Below are positions 32,597 to 48,033 of a stretch of DNA of 64,000 bases, piece by piece. Within the stretch, counting starts at the first letter, position 1. Each line of letters starts with the position of its first letter. A program made the position numbers and the translations under genes. The notes under the pieces are model-generated. The model did no database searches, was not told the DNA's origin, and was given only the letters and a program-made list of their open reading frames with translations. This DNA is from the human T2T-CHM13v2.0 reference genome, Homo sapiens, in assembly GCF_009914755.1 (NCBI RefSeq), contig NC_060929.1. One strand, written 5' to 3'.

Positions 32597-33487
32597 GTGC
32601 GCCATCTTTCCAGGGAAGCTCCACTTCCCCTCTGGGAATGGGAACTAGGTCATGGAACTCCTGGGGGATTCTCCAGCTGAGTAACTTTTTACCAATTAGT
32701 TAACCACTCCTCCCTGGAAGAAAGCAGCTTACCCCCACCTGGGGTAGGCTTCTGGTTCCTTCAGGAGCTGACTGATGGGGCTGATCACTAACCAGAGTCT
32801 CTTGAGAAGGGGGATAAACTGAGCCTTTGGAAGTAACTTTTCATCTTCAGTTTGCTGGATCCAGAACTTGCACAAAAACCGAGAAATCTTCCATTCATTC
32901 ACTAGGTTATTCCTGGGTGTCTACATGGCGCGTTATGGGAACACAGGCATTAGTGAAGACATCGCGGCCACGGGGAGTTCCAGTCCAATAGGGGAGAGAT
33001 GTAGATAGGTCCACATGTTAGTAAAAAATGAAGTGTATCTCAAGGAAGTTTATGTTAAGTGCTACAGACGTTCAGAGAGACTTTTTTCTAGATAAAAGGG
33101 GGGCTACAGAAATGGAATAGGAAAAGACTTTCTGGAAGAACAAAGCATTCTGAGCAAAATTAACAAAGGGAGGGGAAATAGAATTTTTATAAAAAGGGAA
33201 GAGCAATATGTAGTTCACTTTAATTGTAGCAGTGTAGAGAGTTAAAGGAGAGAAATCTAGAAAGCAGTAGACTGTAAATGGACATGTGAAAACAGCCCTA
33301 CTTCCAGAGAAGAGACTCTAAGCACTGATGGGTGTGTGGGTGACAAACAAGCAGCCACAAGTAGTGAATTTTGTGGGGTCTGCATGGCTGAAATGTACTG
33401 TGGAGGCAGGATAAATAAGGGCAGGATAAAGAATAGATGATGCCTAGGAAGACTGGGAAGGGGAGTGACCAGCAGAGGAGCCCAGTA

Positions 33488-34608
<1,121 letters not shown>

Positions 34609-35417
34609 GAAATCCAGTAAGTAGACTGCAGCTTTCTGGGAAGAGAGCCTCTGAATTGAAGAAAAGTAGGACAGGTAGTTCTGAGCTTTCCAGAGAGAAG
34701 AACAGGAAGGGAGTGAGGATCAAATGACTCCTTGAACACCAGTGGATATTTTAAGGCTGCTTGATCGACTGACCTGAAATGAGCAAGCCAAGCCAAAAGC
34801 TGCTCATCAATGGGCTTCCCCGGACCCACAGAGAGAGGACCTGACGTACTACTCCTAGTTGTTCTCAGTGTGAATGGAGGATGAGAAAAATGTGCTTTTA
34901 AGTTTTTTGATAAAAGCTTCCTATTTAGGTGTCCTTTTCCCAAAAAGCAATGTACTAATGTTCATAAGCCAGGGTGACCTAAAAATGAAAGTTACAAATG
35001 AAGCCTTTGAGCTGGCCTTCTGGCTTAATACACCACCAGGAAATGCGGATCCTAATACTCAGCTCAATGAATGATGATGGCCTTAGTTTAATGTGCAGAA
35101 TACTCAGATTTCCACACACCTCAAAAGCTGCAAGGCTAATACCCAAGTTTGAACAATCATAGTTTGACAGTCATTCTTTCCAGTGAAAATAATGGTCCAT
35201 GGATAAAAACAGCTGGTTCAGCTCAATTCAAGTGCATAAGTGCTTTCCACAAGACAACCAGCAGATTTTGGTATGCAGTTCAAGTGTACGTGTACTCCCA
35301 TTTCATCACATTCATCATCCAGAATATTACAGAGACATGTACTTCGAAGGTCAAGATTTAATACAATTAATAACTCTTACTGCTTCAAAGAGGTAATTCT
35401 CAAGTGAAACTGGTTCT

Positions 35418-35598
35418 GTTTTTTTGTTTTTTTTTTTTTTTTTTTTTAATGTGAGACAAGATCTCACTCTGTAACCCAAACTGGAGTGCAGTGGCAGTCC
35501 TGGCTCAATGCAGACTCAAAACTCCAGGCCCCAAGCGAACCTCCTGCCTTGACCTCCCATATCACTGGGATTACAGGCATGAGCCATTGGGCTTGGCC
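35418..35598 (-). mobile_element. Monomer-length old Alu fragment (FRAM/AluJ-like)
   Basis: T tail plus ~145 bp of Alu sequence. Confidence 0.8.
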
Positions 35599-35887
35599 TG
35601 AAACTTTTTTTAAGTGCAAACATGTGGCAGCAAATAATATAATGACTATGGCTATTAATACAGTTTGGTGCTAGTTCATTGAGTCATGCTAAGGTGTTAG
35701 CAGTTTTACCCACTATTGCTTCTTCTCAGTGTAAATGTCAGTAGTTTTGGTATGAGAATTCGTGTTTGTATGACATTGAACAGAGCTTTGACTTTGCAAT
35801 GATAAAAGCAGATCCCAGAAAAGGGGCTAAGTACCCTGAGATCAATGTGTCAGGAGATGCTATGGTATCACATAGAAAGAGGCTTGG

Positions 35888-36174
35888 GGCCAGGCACAGT
35901 GGCTCGTGCCTATAATCCCAGCACTTTGGGAGGCCAAGGGAGGCAGATCATCTGAGGTCAGGAGTTCAAGACTGGCTTGGCCAATATGGTGAAACCCCTT
36001 CTCTACTAAAAATTAGCTGGACGTGGTGACAGGTGCCTGTATTCCCAGCTACTCAGGAGGCTGAGGCAGAAGAATTGCTTGAACCTGGGAGGCGGAGGTT
36101 GCAGTGAACCGAGACTGCACCACTGTACTACAGCTTGGGCAACAGAGTGAGACACTGTCTCAAAAACAAAAAAA
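35888..36174 (+). mobile_element. AluS-like
   Basis: Full-length Alu with TSD aaagaggcttg. Confidence 0.95.
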
Positions 36175-36327
36175 GAGGCTTGAGAGTGGGAAGGTCTGAG
36201 TGTAGTCAGTGTAGCTCAGCTGACTTACGTAAGTCTGAGGACCTTGCTGAGCCTATTTCTTCATTGAGAAAACTGGATAATGACCCATTTTCACAGGGTT
36301 GTTCTGAGAAACAGGATATTACTGTGA

Positions 36328-36702
<375 letters not shown>

Positions 36703-37034
36703 TGATGGATTTTTGATAGCTGGATAAACGAGTCTCTGCCTCTTCAAAGGACACGCTGCCAAAGCTTACTGCAGTGTTTTTCTGTCGTTGGAGGAAAACT
36801 CTAGAAAGAATGCAAAATGTATTTAGTTTACTCTGAATCACAGGTTCTTCTGATAATGTCACTGATAAGCAGCTTTTCAAAAAGGACCTGTTTGCATTTC
36901 AGAAACTAGTGTTTAATGACTTGTCCTCATGCTTCGCCCAGGGTGTGCCTCCTCTAATTCTGATCCCAAACTTGTCCCAGACACCCCCAGGCTTATAAAT
37001 GCTCCTGGGGTCTAAGTTCACCGGTTTCTTTTGA

Positions 37035-37163
<129 letters not shown>

Positions 37164-38945
37164 AGCCAAGCCACAGAGGGGGCCTCTTGACCGACAAAGG
37201 ACACTGTGAATCACAGTAGCGTAAACGAGAGGCCTTCCTTTCTAATGACAATGACAGGTATTGGTGAAGGAGCTAATGTTTAATATTTGACCTTGAATCA
37301 TTCAAGTCCCCAAATTTCATTCTTAGAAAGTTATGTTCCATGAAGAAAAATATATGTTCTTTTGAATACTTAATGACAGAACAAATACTTGGCAAACTCC
37401 TTTGCTCTGCTGTCATCCTGTGTACCCTTGTCAATCCATGGAGCTGGTTCACTGTAACTAGCAGGCCACAGGAAGCAAAGCCTTGGTGCCTGTGAGCTCA
37501 TCTCCCAGGATGGTGACTAAGTAGCTTAGCTAGTGATCAGCTCATCCTTTACCATAAAAGTCATCATTGCTGTTTAGCTTGACTGTTTTCCTCAAGAACA
37601 TCGATCTGAAGGATTCATAAGGAGCTTATCTGAACAGATTTATCTAAGAAAAAAAAAAAACGACATAAAATAAGTGAAACAACTAGGACCAAATTACAGA
37701 TAAACTAGTTAGCTTCACAGCCTCTATGGCTACATGGTTCTTCTGGCCGATGGTATGACACCTAAGTTAGAACACAGCCTTGGCTGGTGGGTGCCCTCTC
37801 TAGACTGGTATCAGCAGCCTGTGTAACCCCTTTCCTGTAAAAGGGGTTCATCTTAACAAAGTCATCCATGATGAGGGAAAAAGTGGCATTTCATTTTTGG
37901 GGAATCCATGAGCTTCCTTTATTTCTGGCTCACAGAGGCAGCCACGAGGCACTACACCAAGTATTATATAAAAGCCATTAAATTTGAATGCCCTTGGACA
38001 AGCTTTTCTTAAAAAAAAAAAAAAAAAGTTTATATACATGTTTAAAATTTTTATTAAAATCCAAATTTTCTGGGTGTAAGCCCATGCAGTATGTTGTGCC
38101 ATGCACCATCTATACGTAATATTTTGGGAGGGGATAGGGGAAGTTTCAAGGTTCAGATATTTTTAACCAGTCTATATTTGAAATCATGCCATTAGCTTTA
38201 ACAATGTTAAAATTGTGTGGTGTAAATATATCAGAAAATAGGCATATGGGGAGGCAGTAAATACTATTTTAAGCTATTAATTGTATGCTAAAAGCTTCTA
38301 AAGCACAAGTGCATATTTTTATACTGCTCTTTTCACAACTCCCTGTGATCTACATAAAGTCAGACTCGAGATTTTCCTTTCTCTTTTACCAGCTGATCCT
38401 TCCTATGTATTATAAATATTAGACTCCGTAAACAAACTTCATTTTTCTTTCTCTGTACTTCATGCTGCATTTTTAAAAGGTATAAACAAACAGAGACTGA
38501 ATTAATTGAATCAGTAATTACTTTTTTCCAATACAAATTGGAATGCAGAATACTTGGAACTTGTACATGGGGAAAAAATGACTTATCACTACATAATGTG
38601 CCAATGTTTTTTTCTATGTTTTGTACCAAAAATGGAAAAATATGACAATTCCATGCAAAGAAATGTATCTAAATTATTTTTGTTAGATGATAAGAGAACT
38701 TGCTTGGTCAGGACAGCAGCCAGCTTTGTATTGTAATGCTATATTATGTAAATGTGATGAAAATGTTTTTGTGAAGTACTTGTAACTAAATTCCTACAGC
38801 CATTTTTCACTCCCAACAGCTGTTTTTATTTTACCTCTTTGGCCTAAAGTTTTCATAATTTCAAATTTGGGGTTTAGTGTCCTTTATTTCATGAGTCACA
38901 CACTTTGTTTTCAGAGCACATTAAAATCAGGATGCCAGAATCCCA
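37164..38945 (+). other. PDE8B: PDE8B 3' UTR (3' end uncertain)
   Basis: Repeat-free AU-rich sequence after the stop; ATTAAA at 37977, 38053 and 38920. Confidence 0.6.
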
Positions 38946-40032
38946 TATTAAGGACCTAGCTAACTTGCCTAGGCTTCAGAAGCTTGCTTGAGGCAAGGAC
39001 AATCTTTTTCTGATCATCTCACTTTCAGTTCTATTTGGTAAGTAACATTTATCAGGTGTCAGACATCTTCTATATGAAATATTTACAGCTTACTCAGTTT
39101 TATGTCAAATTTCTTGTTAACTTCAAACTTTTTATTAGTAATGTGCAAATGTTTAAAAATGCTTTAAGACAGCTAGGTACTAAAGCGTCAACAATTTCTG
39201 CTCTTTACCAGTGTAATCTACGGTATAATCTTCTGGCCTGCGAACTAGTCTATTCTTCCACATAGTCAACTTGTTAGAAATACAGGCTTTCAGATGATAT
39301 GTGTATCAGATAGTTTATATTATATAAACTATTATAACTGCCTCTTACACAGAGTTGTTTACTTAAATGTCATGTGCTGAGGAGGGCCGTATTAGGAAAA
39401 TGCAACACTCTCTAATAATTTCCGTGACTAGTAAGAGAAGGAAGCCAGTTATAAAACACTGCTGGACCAGAATGACCCTATAATTTCCTAAGATCATTCT
39501 TTATTTCTAATTTAAGATTTTTAAATTTACTTGCCCTCCATGTCAGGACTGGTTAGCATTCTGGGCAAAAAAAAAACAAGCCTGTCAGTTCACTCAGAAC
39601 CTACTCAGCTTTAGAGAGAGAAACAGAAGGGATGATCTTGTGCCCTTGCGCTATGTGAATATAGCCAGAGACTGAGGTAATAAATATATTTTAAAATAAA
39701 AATGACAAGGGATTTGTACACTGTAACACTATGTAGTGTTACTTCTGCTGTTGCAAGTATCTTAACTGTTGAAAGCTAAACTCAGGAAATGGAGAAAATG
39801 TACATAATATACATTGACCCATTATTTTATTCTAAATTGAAAGTCCAACTTTTAGCAGCAGTCTACCTGCAACTACTGAACACCATCAGGTTTGAGTCCC
39901 TACCAGAATCTCCCATCATACTGTTATCCCCCATCTCTGTGACCTTAGGGCATGCATGAAAACAAAAGCAATCTAGTCCCTAGGGTTGGAGACTGCCCTC
40001 TAGACAGTTTTTCATGGCAGAAAATTAGAATA

Positions 40033-42155
40033 CAAGTATACCTCATTTTATTGCATTCTGCTTCATTGTGCTTCAAAGATACTGCCTTTTCTACAAATTG
40101 AGGGCTTGTGGCCACCCTGCATAGAGCAAGTCTATCGGGGCATTTTCCCAGCATGGGCTCACTTTGTGTAAGTGTCACATTTTGGTAACTCTTAGAGTAT
40201 TTCAAATGTTTTTATTCTTGTATCTGTCATGGTGGTCTGTGATCAGTGATCTTTGTTACTACTGTAATTGTTTTAGGGTACTGCAAACCATGCCCGTATA
40301 AGACAGTGAACTTAATTGATAAATCTTGTGTATATTCTAACTGTTCCACCAACTAGCGGTTTCCAGTCTCTCCCTCTTCTTAGACCTCCCTATTCCCTGA
40401 GACACAACAATATCGAAATTAAGCCAATTAATAACCTACAGTAGCCTGTAAATGTGCAAGTAAAAGAGTCACATGTCTCTCACTTTAAATCAAAAGCTAC
40501 AGATAATAAAGCTTAGTGAAGAAGGCATGTTGAAAGCCCAGGCAGGTGAAAGCCATGCCTCTTACACCAGTTAGCCAAGTTATGCAAAGGAAGAGTTCTT
40601 GAAAGTGTTAACTCCAGTGAACATGCAAACAAGAAAGTGAAACAGCCTTACTGCTGAGATGGAGAAAGTCTGAGTGGTCTATATAGATTAAACAAGCCAC
40701 AACATTCCCTTAAGCCAAAGCCTAATTAATTCTTCAATTCTTTCTTCGAAGACTGAGAGGTGAGGATGCTACAGAAGAAAAGCTGGAAGCAAGCAGAGGT
40801 TGGTTCATGAAACTATCCCCATTAACGTCAGAGTGCAAGGGACAACAACAGCAGGAAGTTGTCCAGATGATCTAGCTAAGATCACTGAAGGCGACTACAC
40901 TAAACAACTGAGTTTGTGAAGATGAAATGGTCTTCTATTAGAAGAGATGTCATCTAGGACTTCATAGCTGGGGAGAAGAAGTTCAATGCCAGCGAGTGTA
41001 GTTGGTGCCTTTAAGTTGAAGTCAGAGTTTATTTACCAGTCCAAAAATCTTAAGGCCCTTAAGAATTATGTTAAATCTACTCTGCCTATGCTCTAGAAGT
41101 GGAATAACAAAGCCTAGATGACAGCATATCTGTTTATAGCATGGTTTATTGAATATTTAAGCCTATGGTTGAGACCTGCTCAAATTTCTTTCCAAATATT
41201 ACTGCCCATTACAATGTTACCTGGTCACCTAAGAGTTCTGATGGAGATGTACAAGGAGGTTCATGTTGTCTTCGTGCCAGCTACCACAACATCTATGCTG
41301 CAGTCCATGGGTCAAGGAGTCACTTTGACTTTTAAGTCTTATTTATTTAAGAAATACATTTAATAAGGCTGTAGCTGCCCTAACTAGTGATTCCTCTGAA
41401 GAGTCTGGGCAAAGTCAATTGAAAACCTTCTGGGAAGCATTTAGCATTCTAGATGCCACTAAGAACATTCTGATTCATGGGAGGCGGTCAAAATTCCAGC
41501 ATTAAAAGGAGTCTGGAAGAAGTGGAGCCTGAAGATGTGAATGAATTGCTGTAATCTCATGATCAAACTTTAATAGATGAGAAGTTGCTTAAGAATGTGT
41601 ATAGAAAGTGGTTTCTGGAGACAGTCATTTCCACAGTGAAGATGCTGTAAACATAGTTGAAATGACAACAAAGGATTTAGAATATTCTATAAACTTAGTT
41701 CATAAAGGAGCATCAGGATTTGAGATGACAGACTCTAAATTTTGAAAGAAGTTCTACTGTGGGTAAAATGCTATTAAATAGTATTACATGTTACAGAGAT
41801 CTCATTTGTGAAAGGAAGTCAATTGATTTGGAAAACTTCATCGCTATCTTATTTTAAGGAACTGCCACAGCCACCCCAACCTTCAGTAACCACCTTAGTC
41901 AACAGCCAGCAGTATCAAGACCCTCCACCAGCAAAAAGATTATGACTCGCTGAAGGCTCAGATGATTGTTAGCATTTTTTAGCAATAAAGTATTCTTAAG
42001 GTATGTACATTTTTTAGAAATTTAAGACTGTAGTATAAACACAAGTTTTATAGGCACTGGGAAACCAAAAACTAGATGTGACTCACTCTATTTGCAATAG
42101 TTGCTTTTTTGATGTGGTCTGAAACCTAACCTGTAGTATCTCTGAGGTACGCCTG
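40033..42155 (+). mobile_element. Near full-length Tigger1 (TcMar-Tigger) DNA transposon, coding region decayed
   Basis: Inverted termini caagtatacctc...gaggtacgcctg; TA target duplications at 40031-40032 and 42156-42157; broken transposase-derived ORF near 41118-41363. Confidence 0.9.
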
Positions 42156-42866
42156 TATAATGACCAGAAGGAATTTGCTGTGGTACTTACGGTACCATTT
42201 GCTTCCAAAATTCATGTGATTTCTACCACTCCATTTGAATAGATTACTATCACAAAATACTAGCCTAGAACAGGCTAGGAAGTAAAACAGTTAAGTCTAT
42301 GGCTCCCTTGTGTCATACAACTTCAGAAAACAACTTTACAAATGTATGGGCCAATGCAGAATTTCTAAAGGAAAAAGCACGTGAATAATGGGAGAAAGTC
42401 TTCTGTAATTGAGGTAGCTTAAGTTTTAATATTTCTCCATAGAACTTTTCATGACTCAATGTTGTTTGGATTTAAAGTAGTCATATAAGCCTTTTCTCAT
42501 TCAGTCTTCAGTTCCTGTTTTTAGAGCTGCTTGGTGATACTGGGCACTACAGATTTAATTGCAAGGCCTTACTGCACTGGGCCTCAGTTTCCTCATTTGT
42601 AACATTATGCCACTGGTCTACTCAGATGACCTTAACTCTTCCAGTCTTTGTAGGTAGTTGTGGAAGCAACTGTCAAAGCTAAAACTAGTAAAAGAACTTA
42701 TGGAGATTCCCTTTAGGGTATATTTGTAGTATATTTGTATAATGAACAAATAAATCTGTAGGTTTTCTGTAAGAAGGGTCAGTCTGCTAACATCTGTCAC
42801 GTTGCCCTTTCTTCATCAGTAGTTTAAGAATTTCAATCTTTAATGTGTAGACTACTTTCTAATATT

Positions 42867-42872
42867 TTTATT
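42867..42872 (-). terminator. WDR41: Candidate proximal WDR41 poly(A) signal AATAAA
   Basis: tttatt on the + strand, ~870 nt past the WDR41 stop. Confidence 0.65.
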
Positions 42873-43743
42873 TTTTAGCACCAAAAGGAGAAAACATATT
42901 GTTACAAGGCTGGTTATAGTGTCTCAATGGACACTGCAAAGAACTACATAAAAGAAGTCTGTCTCAAGCAGTTCGTATTTGAGTCAGTGGTCAGATGGGG
43001 CAGTTGCGCTCAGCTGCAGTCCCTGACTCCGGAAACACTGTGCCTCTCAAATGATCTAGAGCTCATCCTTGGCGTACATGAGGGGCAGTTGTTGTTCTAG
43101 TACCCATTTAGCCCATGGCTCTTCAAGCCAATTCACACTGGGAAAAACACACCCTCACAAGATGCCTATCCATTTGAGTTCATACAGGTTTTAGTAGCTA
43201 GAACTAAAAAACATTTTTAAAATTATCTAAACAAATTGGTACCAAAGAAAACTTGCCATACTTAAACAGTATATATGTTCCCTTTTTTGGCTGAGAGATT
43301 CAAGTTTGTGCTATATAGAACACTAACAGTTACTAAAGACTAGGAAAATTTGCAGGAGAAAGGCTATTTTTAAACTTCACAATAATTCTAAAGGAAGCCA
43401 AATAATAAAACTTCTAATAAATGCCATAACTTAACTATTACCTCTATTTGTACCTTTCACAAGGATCTAGGTTCAAAATAAGCTCAAAACACAGCACTCA
43501 CCACTTCAACAGCAGCTCAAAGTCAAATGGAAAAACTTGTGGTATATTCTTTGGAGGATATACTAGGACCTGAGAAGCAACATGTTCCTGGTTGGTAGGT
43601 CCACAAAAAATTTAAACATGTAGAATTTTATGGACTGACAAAAAAAATTACCAATTTAAGTGATCAATATATTAATGGTTTTCAGAGTAGTACCCGATAT
43701 TTGATGTTCAAGGTTCATGCATGTGTATTTTTAATTCCTTAAA

Positions 43744-43896
43744 CTAGACAGCAAGGTATAAGTCACCATTCTCCTCTAATTTTTGAAATAATCTTAAACT
43801 GCGCAATCCAGATTCTCGCTCTCCATTTTTCCACAAAATAATGAGATGATCAGCGGAGCACGTCACTAGTCCATGATCTTCAAAGTATAGAAACAT
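43744..43896 (-). CDS. WDR41: WDR41 last coding exon, MFLYFEDHGLVTCSADHLIILWKNG...LYLAV*
   Basis: ttacag|ATG...TAG, 153 nt; final WD40 repeat (SADxxIILW). Confidence 0.95.
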   Translation of the reverse strand: MFLYFEDHGLVTCSADHLIILWKNGERESGLRSLRLFQKLEENGDLYLAV

Positions 43897-44656
43897 CTGT
43901 AAAGAAAATTAAAACTGATTATAGGGACCCCGAAAAGCAGAGAAGTGTCTAATACCACATTAACACATGTGCGTGTGAGATATGTGCCTTAAAGACTCCT
44001 TTGGATCTGGGTGTAGAACTTCATTTCATTTTTCAGTATTGGTAAGTCACATACAAATAATATCTAATATTTTAATCAGAATTTTGTTAATATTGTTCAA
44101 CTACAGAATAGCTATTTTTGTAAAGTACATGAATTCTCATAGTTCTTCCAGATTTTTTCATCATCTGATTTTTCAAGTATTGGTTTTACTTAACCATTAC
44201 TTATACTGTATAATGGCTATGGAAAAAATGTCTGAATTCTAAATTTCCCAAGATAAACACTGGCTTCAGCTCTCTATAAAAGTAGATATACTCAATCCAT
44301 AGGTGTTAAGTGTCAGCACTAGGTTTATGGTCCCTACCCTCAAGAAGATTCTGAAAAGCAAATCATAATTGAAACAATAAAGGTACCAATGAGAGATTAT
44401 GTAATCAGGTACTAAATAATGCAGTATAGACTATGACATGTCACAGAAATTCAGAAAAAGCTTCAAAGGGAGAAAATGCCCCAAGTAAGGGGAAGGGGCT
44501 TGCCCAGTGAAGGAATAGGCTGGAAGCTAAGAATAGGAAAACAGAGTGTTGACAAAAGGCAGCATGAATACTATGGGGTGAAGAGTTGTATCAGAAAAGT
44601 GAATCAATGAAAAGGATGAGGTCCTCGAAGGAAAGGGTGAAATAAAAGAGAAACAG

Positions 44657-45057
<401 letters not shown>

Positions 45058-45060
45058 TCA

Positions 45061-45320
<260 letters not shown>

Positions 45321-45529
45321 AATGAGGAAATTCAGGTGACACTGCAAAGATAGCCTAGATTTTATCAACGAAGCTGGAGATGCTTTTTAAAAGTGTTCAG
45401 GTCTCAACACTTTCACTCAGGAAAATTCCTAAGAAGCTGACACTGTTTTATAGAATGAGAAATGTGCCACATTCAAACACATTTTGAATGTCTTTTACAT
45501 GGGGTTTTCCCTACCATCTAAAAACCTTT

Positions 45530-46122
45530 TTAATGAGTTCCTACTATTTAAAAAATAAAGTCCAAACTCCTCAGCCTTACATTCAAGGACATCCATAATC
45601 TGACCCCAAACCACGTTCCCAGGCTTTATCCCCTACTAGTGTCTGTTCACAGGAACCCAGCGCTCCGGCCTAGCCAAGGTGCTCCTTGCCACCACGTAAA
45701 TGCTATCTTTGCCCTTCTGCCTACCACAGTCCATGCTCACCTCCCAACCATAAACACAAAGTTAAAAACTGAGCTACTTGTTAGAGGAAAGCAAAGATAA
45801 CTATGACACTGTACCCCAACATCAAGGAGCTTATGATGACAAGGCTATATACTCATCCTACTAAACTTCAAGGTTCAGCTCAAGTGTCAAGTCCTATATC
45901 CTCTAACCATTTACAAGATTCAGCAAGAAATGTTTCTTCTGAGTCACTGCTGCTTACTTGGGTCCATCAAATGCAGCCTAGGGTAACAGCCTATTAGGTC
46001 TATACCCCTTCTCTCCACTCAAGGGTAAGATCCATGAGGGCAAGGACTGTTTTCATCTCTCTCTGTAAACTCCAGCAGCCAGTGTTTAGCACAGTGCCTG
46101 AAATACAGGAAATGCTCACTAA
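45530..46122 (+). mobile_element. L2 3' end relic
   Basis: 'aaagtccaaactcctcagcctt' and 'tagcacagtgcctgaaatacaggaaatgctca'. Confidence 0.6.
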
Positions 46123-46869
46123 CAAGGATGCTGCCGCTGCTCCTCCTAAGCATGAATGCCCTTTCAAATGAAAAGAAATTTTTTGTTCTTTGGCTATGAA
46201 ACAGGGAAGAACAATTTAAGAAATTCCTTAGGGCCCTGATTACACTGTTATTAGTTCTCACAGCTAATCTGTTACCTCAACTGATCTTATTCCTTCACTA
46301 CAGGCAATGATGCCTGCAGCAAATATTAATGTATCTGGATTTCTACATGTTAAAAGCTTACGCATTTCATAATTTTCAACTAAAACTTTCATATTTGCAC
46401 AATGAAAATCAAGGCATAGGTTTCATTAAAGCTAACAAACTATTATCCTTCAAAGGCAGGAGAAACAGGACTCTGTTCATGAATTTGATAAAGGCCCCTG
46501 GAATTCGATTCTGTTAAGGCTTTAACTGTATACACATATAACCACAACCCTTCATGCATCCTCTGTTTACTGTTGTCATATAGTCAACATTATTCACACT
46601 GCCCTTACTGTCAGCTATCTCCAGCTCCTAAATAATGGTGATTAAGACCATTCTTAAAAGCAATGCATTCCTTGTTTCCTCAAATCATATATCCGGAAAG
46701 GGAGACCCTAACTGCACATACTATAGCCTATCCCATTCCATGTTCAGATCTGACAAACACCTACAGATATAAGAAAAAGTATATGCCTTTATGAGATCAA
46801 CTGAAAGAAAAGAGCAATGAAATGCAAAAGCAGGAGTTGCTTGGACATTCTGTGGCTAAACAGCAATAC

Positions 46870-47003
46870 CTCCACAGATGATGAGTGTCCAATCAAATCT
46901 CCAATAAGCTCCAGTGAACATGAAGTAGCATTTTCTTGCTGCTTTTTAACAGGTTGGCTGGCTTGTTTGCTGACTCTTCCAAATCCCCACATGTTAAAAA
47001 AAC
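46870..47003 (-). CDS. WDR41: WDR41 exon, GFFNMWGFGRVSK...LIGHSSSVE
   Basis: ttctag|GT...GAG|gtatt, 134 nt. Confidence 0.95.
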
Positions 47004-47944
47004 CTAGAAAAAGAATCATTTCCAAAATTACTGTGCTCTGTACTTACAATAACATGAGATCAGAAAAACAAAATTTAAATGTGAAGAGGTTCCAGACTTA
47101 TTTTAGTCAAGGGCTAAGTGGACAGTACCTGAGCACCGTGCTAGGGTTTTGTGAATATGTTATTTCATCTTTCTTAGCTAACCAGGTCTGTTCTTCATCT
47201 CTTTTTATTGCCCCTAGTCACCCACTGGTGCAGGTATATTAACAAAAAGACACTTGGAATAAAACAGGACAGAAACAAAGCTTGAATGGCAGTGTCTAAC
47301 TGTCAAGGGAAAAAAGGGCAAAACTCAGATCAACAAACAAGGCATAGGGGAAAAGCTGTATATGTATGTGCAAAAGCAACACCCCAGGACTTCAGGAAGT
47401 CAAAAGGACCAGAAACAACTAGGTACCAGCATCTGATTTCTTGTGCAAAGGTTGGTAACTAATTTATTCAACCCTTCAGAGTTTTGTTTTTCAAACTAAA
47501 CACCTGGAAGTCAAGAGCTCATAAAATTATGATATAAGCACACAAGGAAAAGTATGTTTTCCCATAAATTAAGTTCAACATCAAGGGTAAAGAACACTTT
47601 GGTTTGACATCTGACGGTACAAATTTTGTGTATCAGTCAGAATTATAGACAATATAAATGAATACTTCATTAGGCCATTTGGTCATTCAGATTACCAGAA
47701 AGTAAGTTTTCCCTCAAAACAAGAAAATCTCTATCTTACTTGAAATGAAGTGGCAGTTCTACATTAGGGCAGTATTAAGCTGTAAATCCTAGATCTCAAT
47801 TACCATATGCTTTCTATAAACATCTGATGCCTATTTGGAGCATTTCTATATTATTTTAGTGGTTTCACATAATTGTCCTTCTCCTGCCTTTCACGTGAGA
47901 AAAAAGGAGAGAAAAAGACTACCTTTTTGAGAGAAGACACACAC

Positions 47945-48033
47945 CTGTTGGTACAGGCTCAGCTGCAAGCTGCTGTTTTTCTCTTAACTCCCAAATGCGT
48001 ACACTGCCATCTTCTGAGCATGAGATTAACTGC
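47945..48033 (-). CDS. WDR41: WDR41 exon, QLISCSEDGSVRIWELREKQQLAAEPVPT
   Basis: gacag|G...ACAG|gtgtg, 89 nt; WD40 motif SEDGSVRIW. Confidence 0.95.

Noticed and set aside
37170-37186. CTCF-like gccacagagggggcc just after the PDE8B stop
   Set aside because: Only the AGGGGGC core matches; upstream spacing is off
41118-41363. Possible domesticated transposase (TIGD-like)
   Set aside because: Only a short frameshifted piece; the Tigger1 coding region has many stops and deletions
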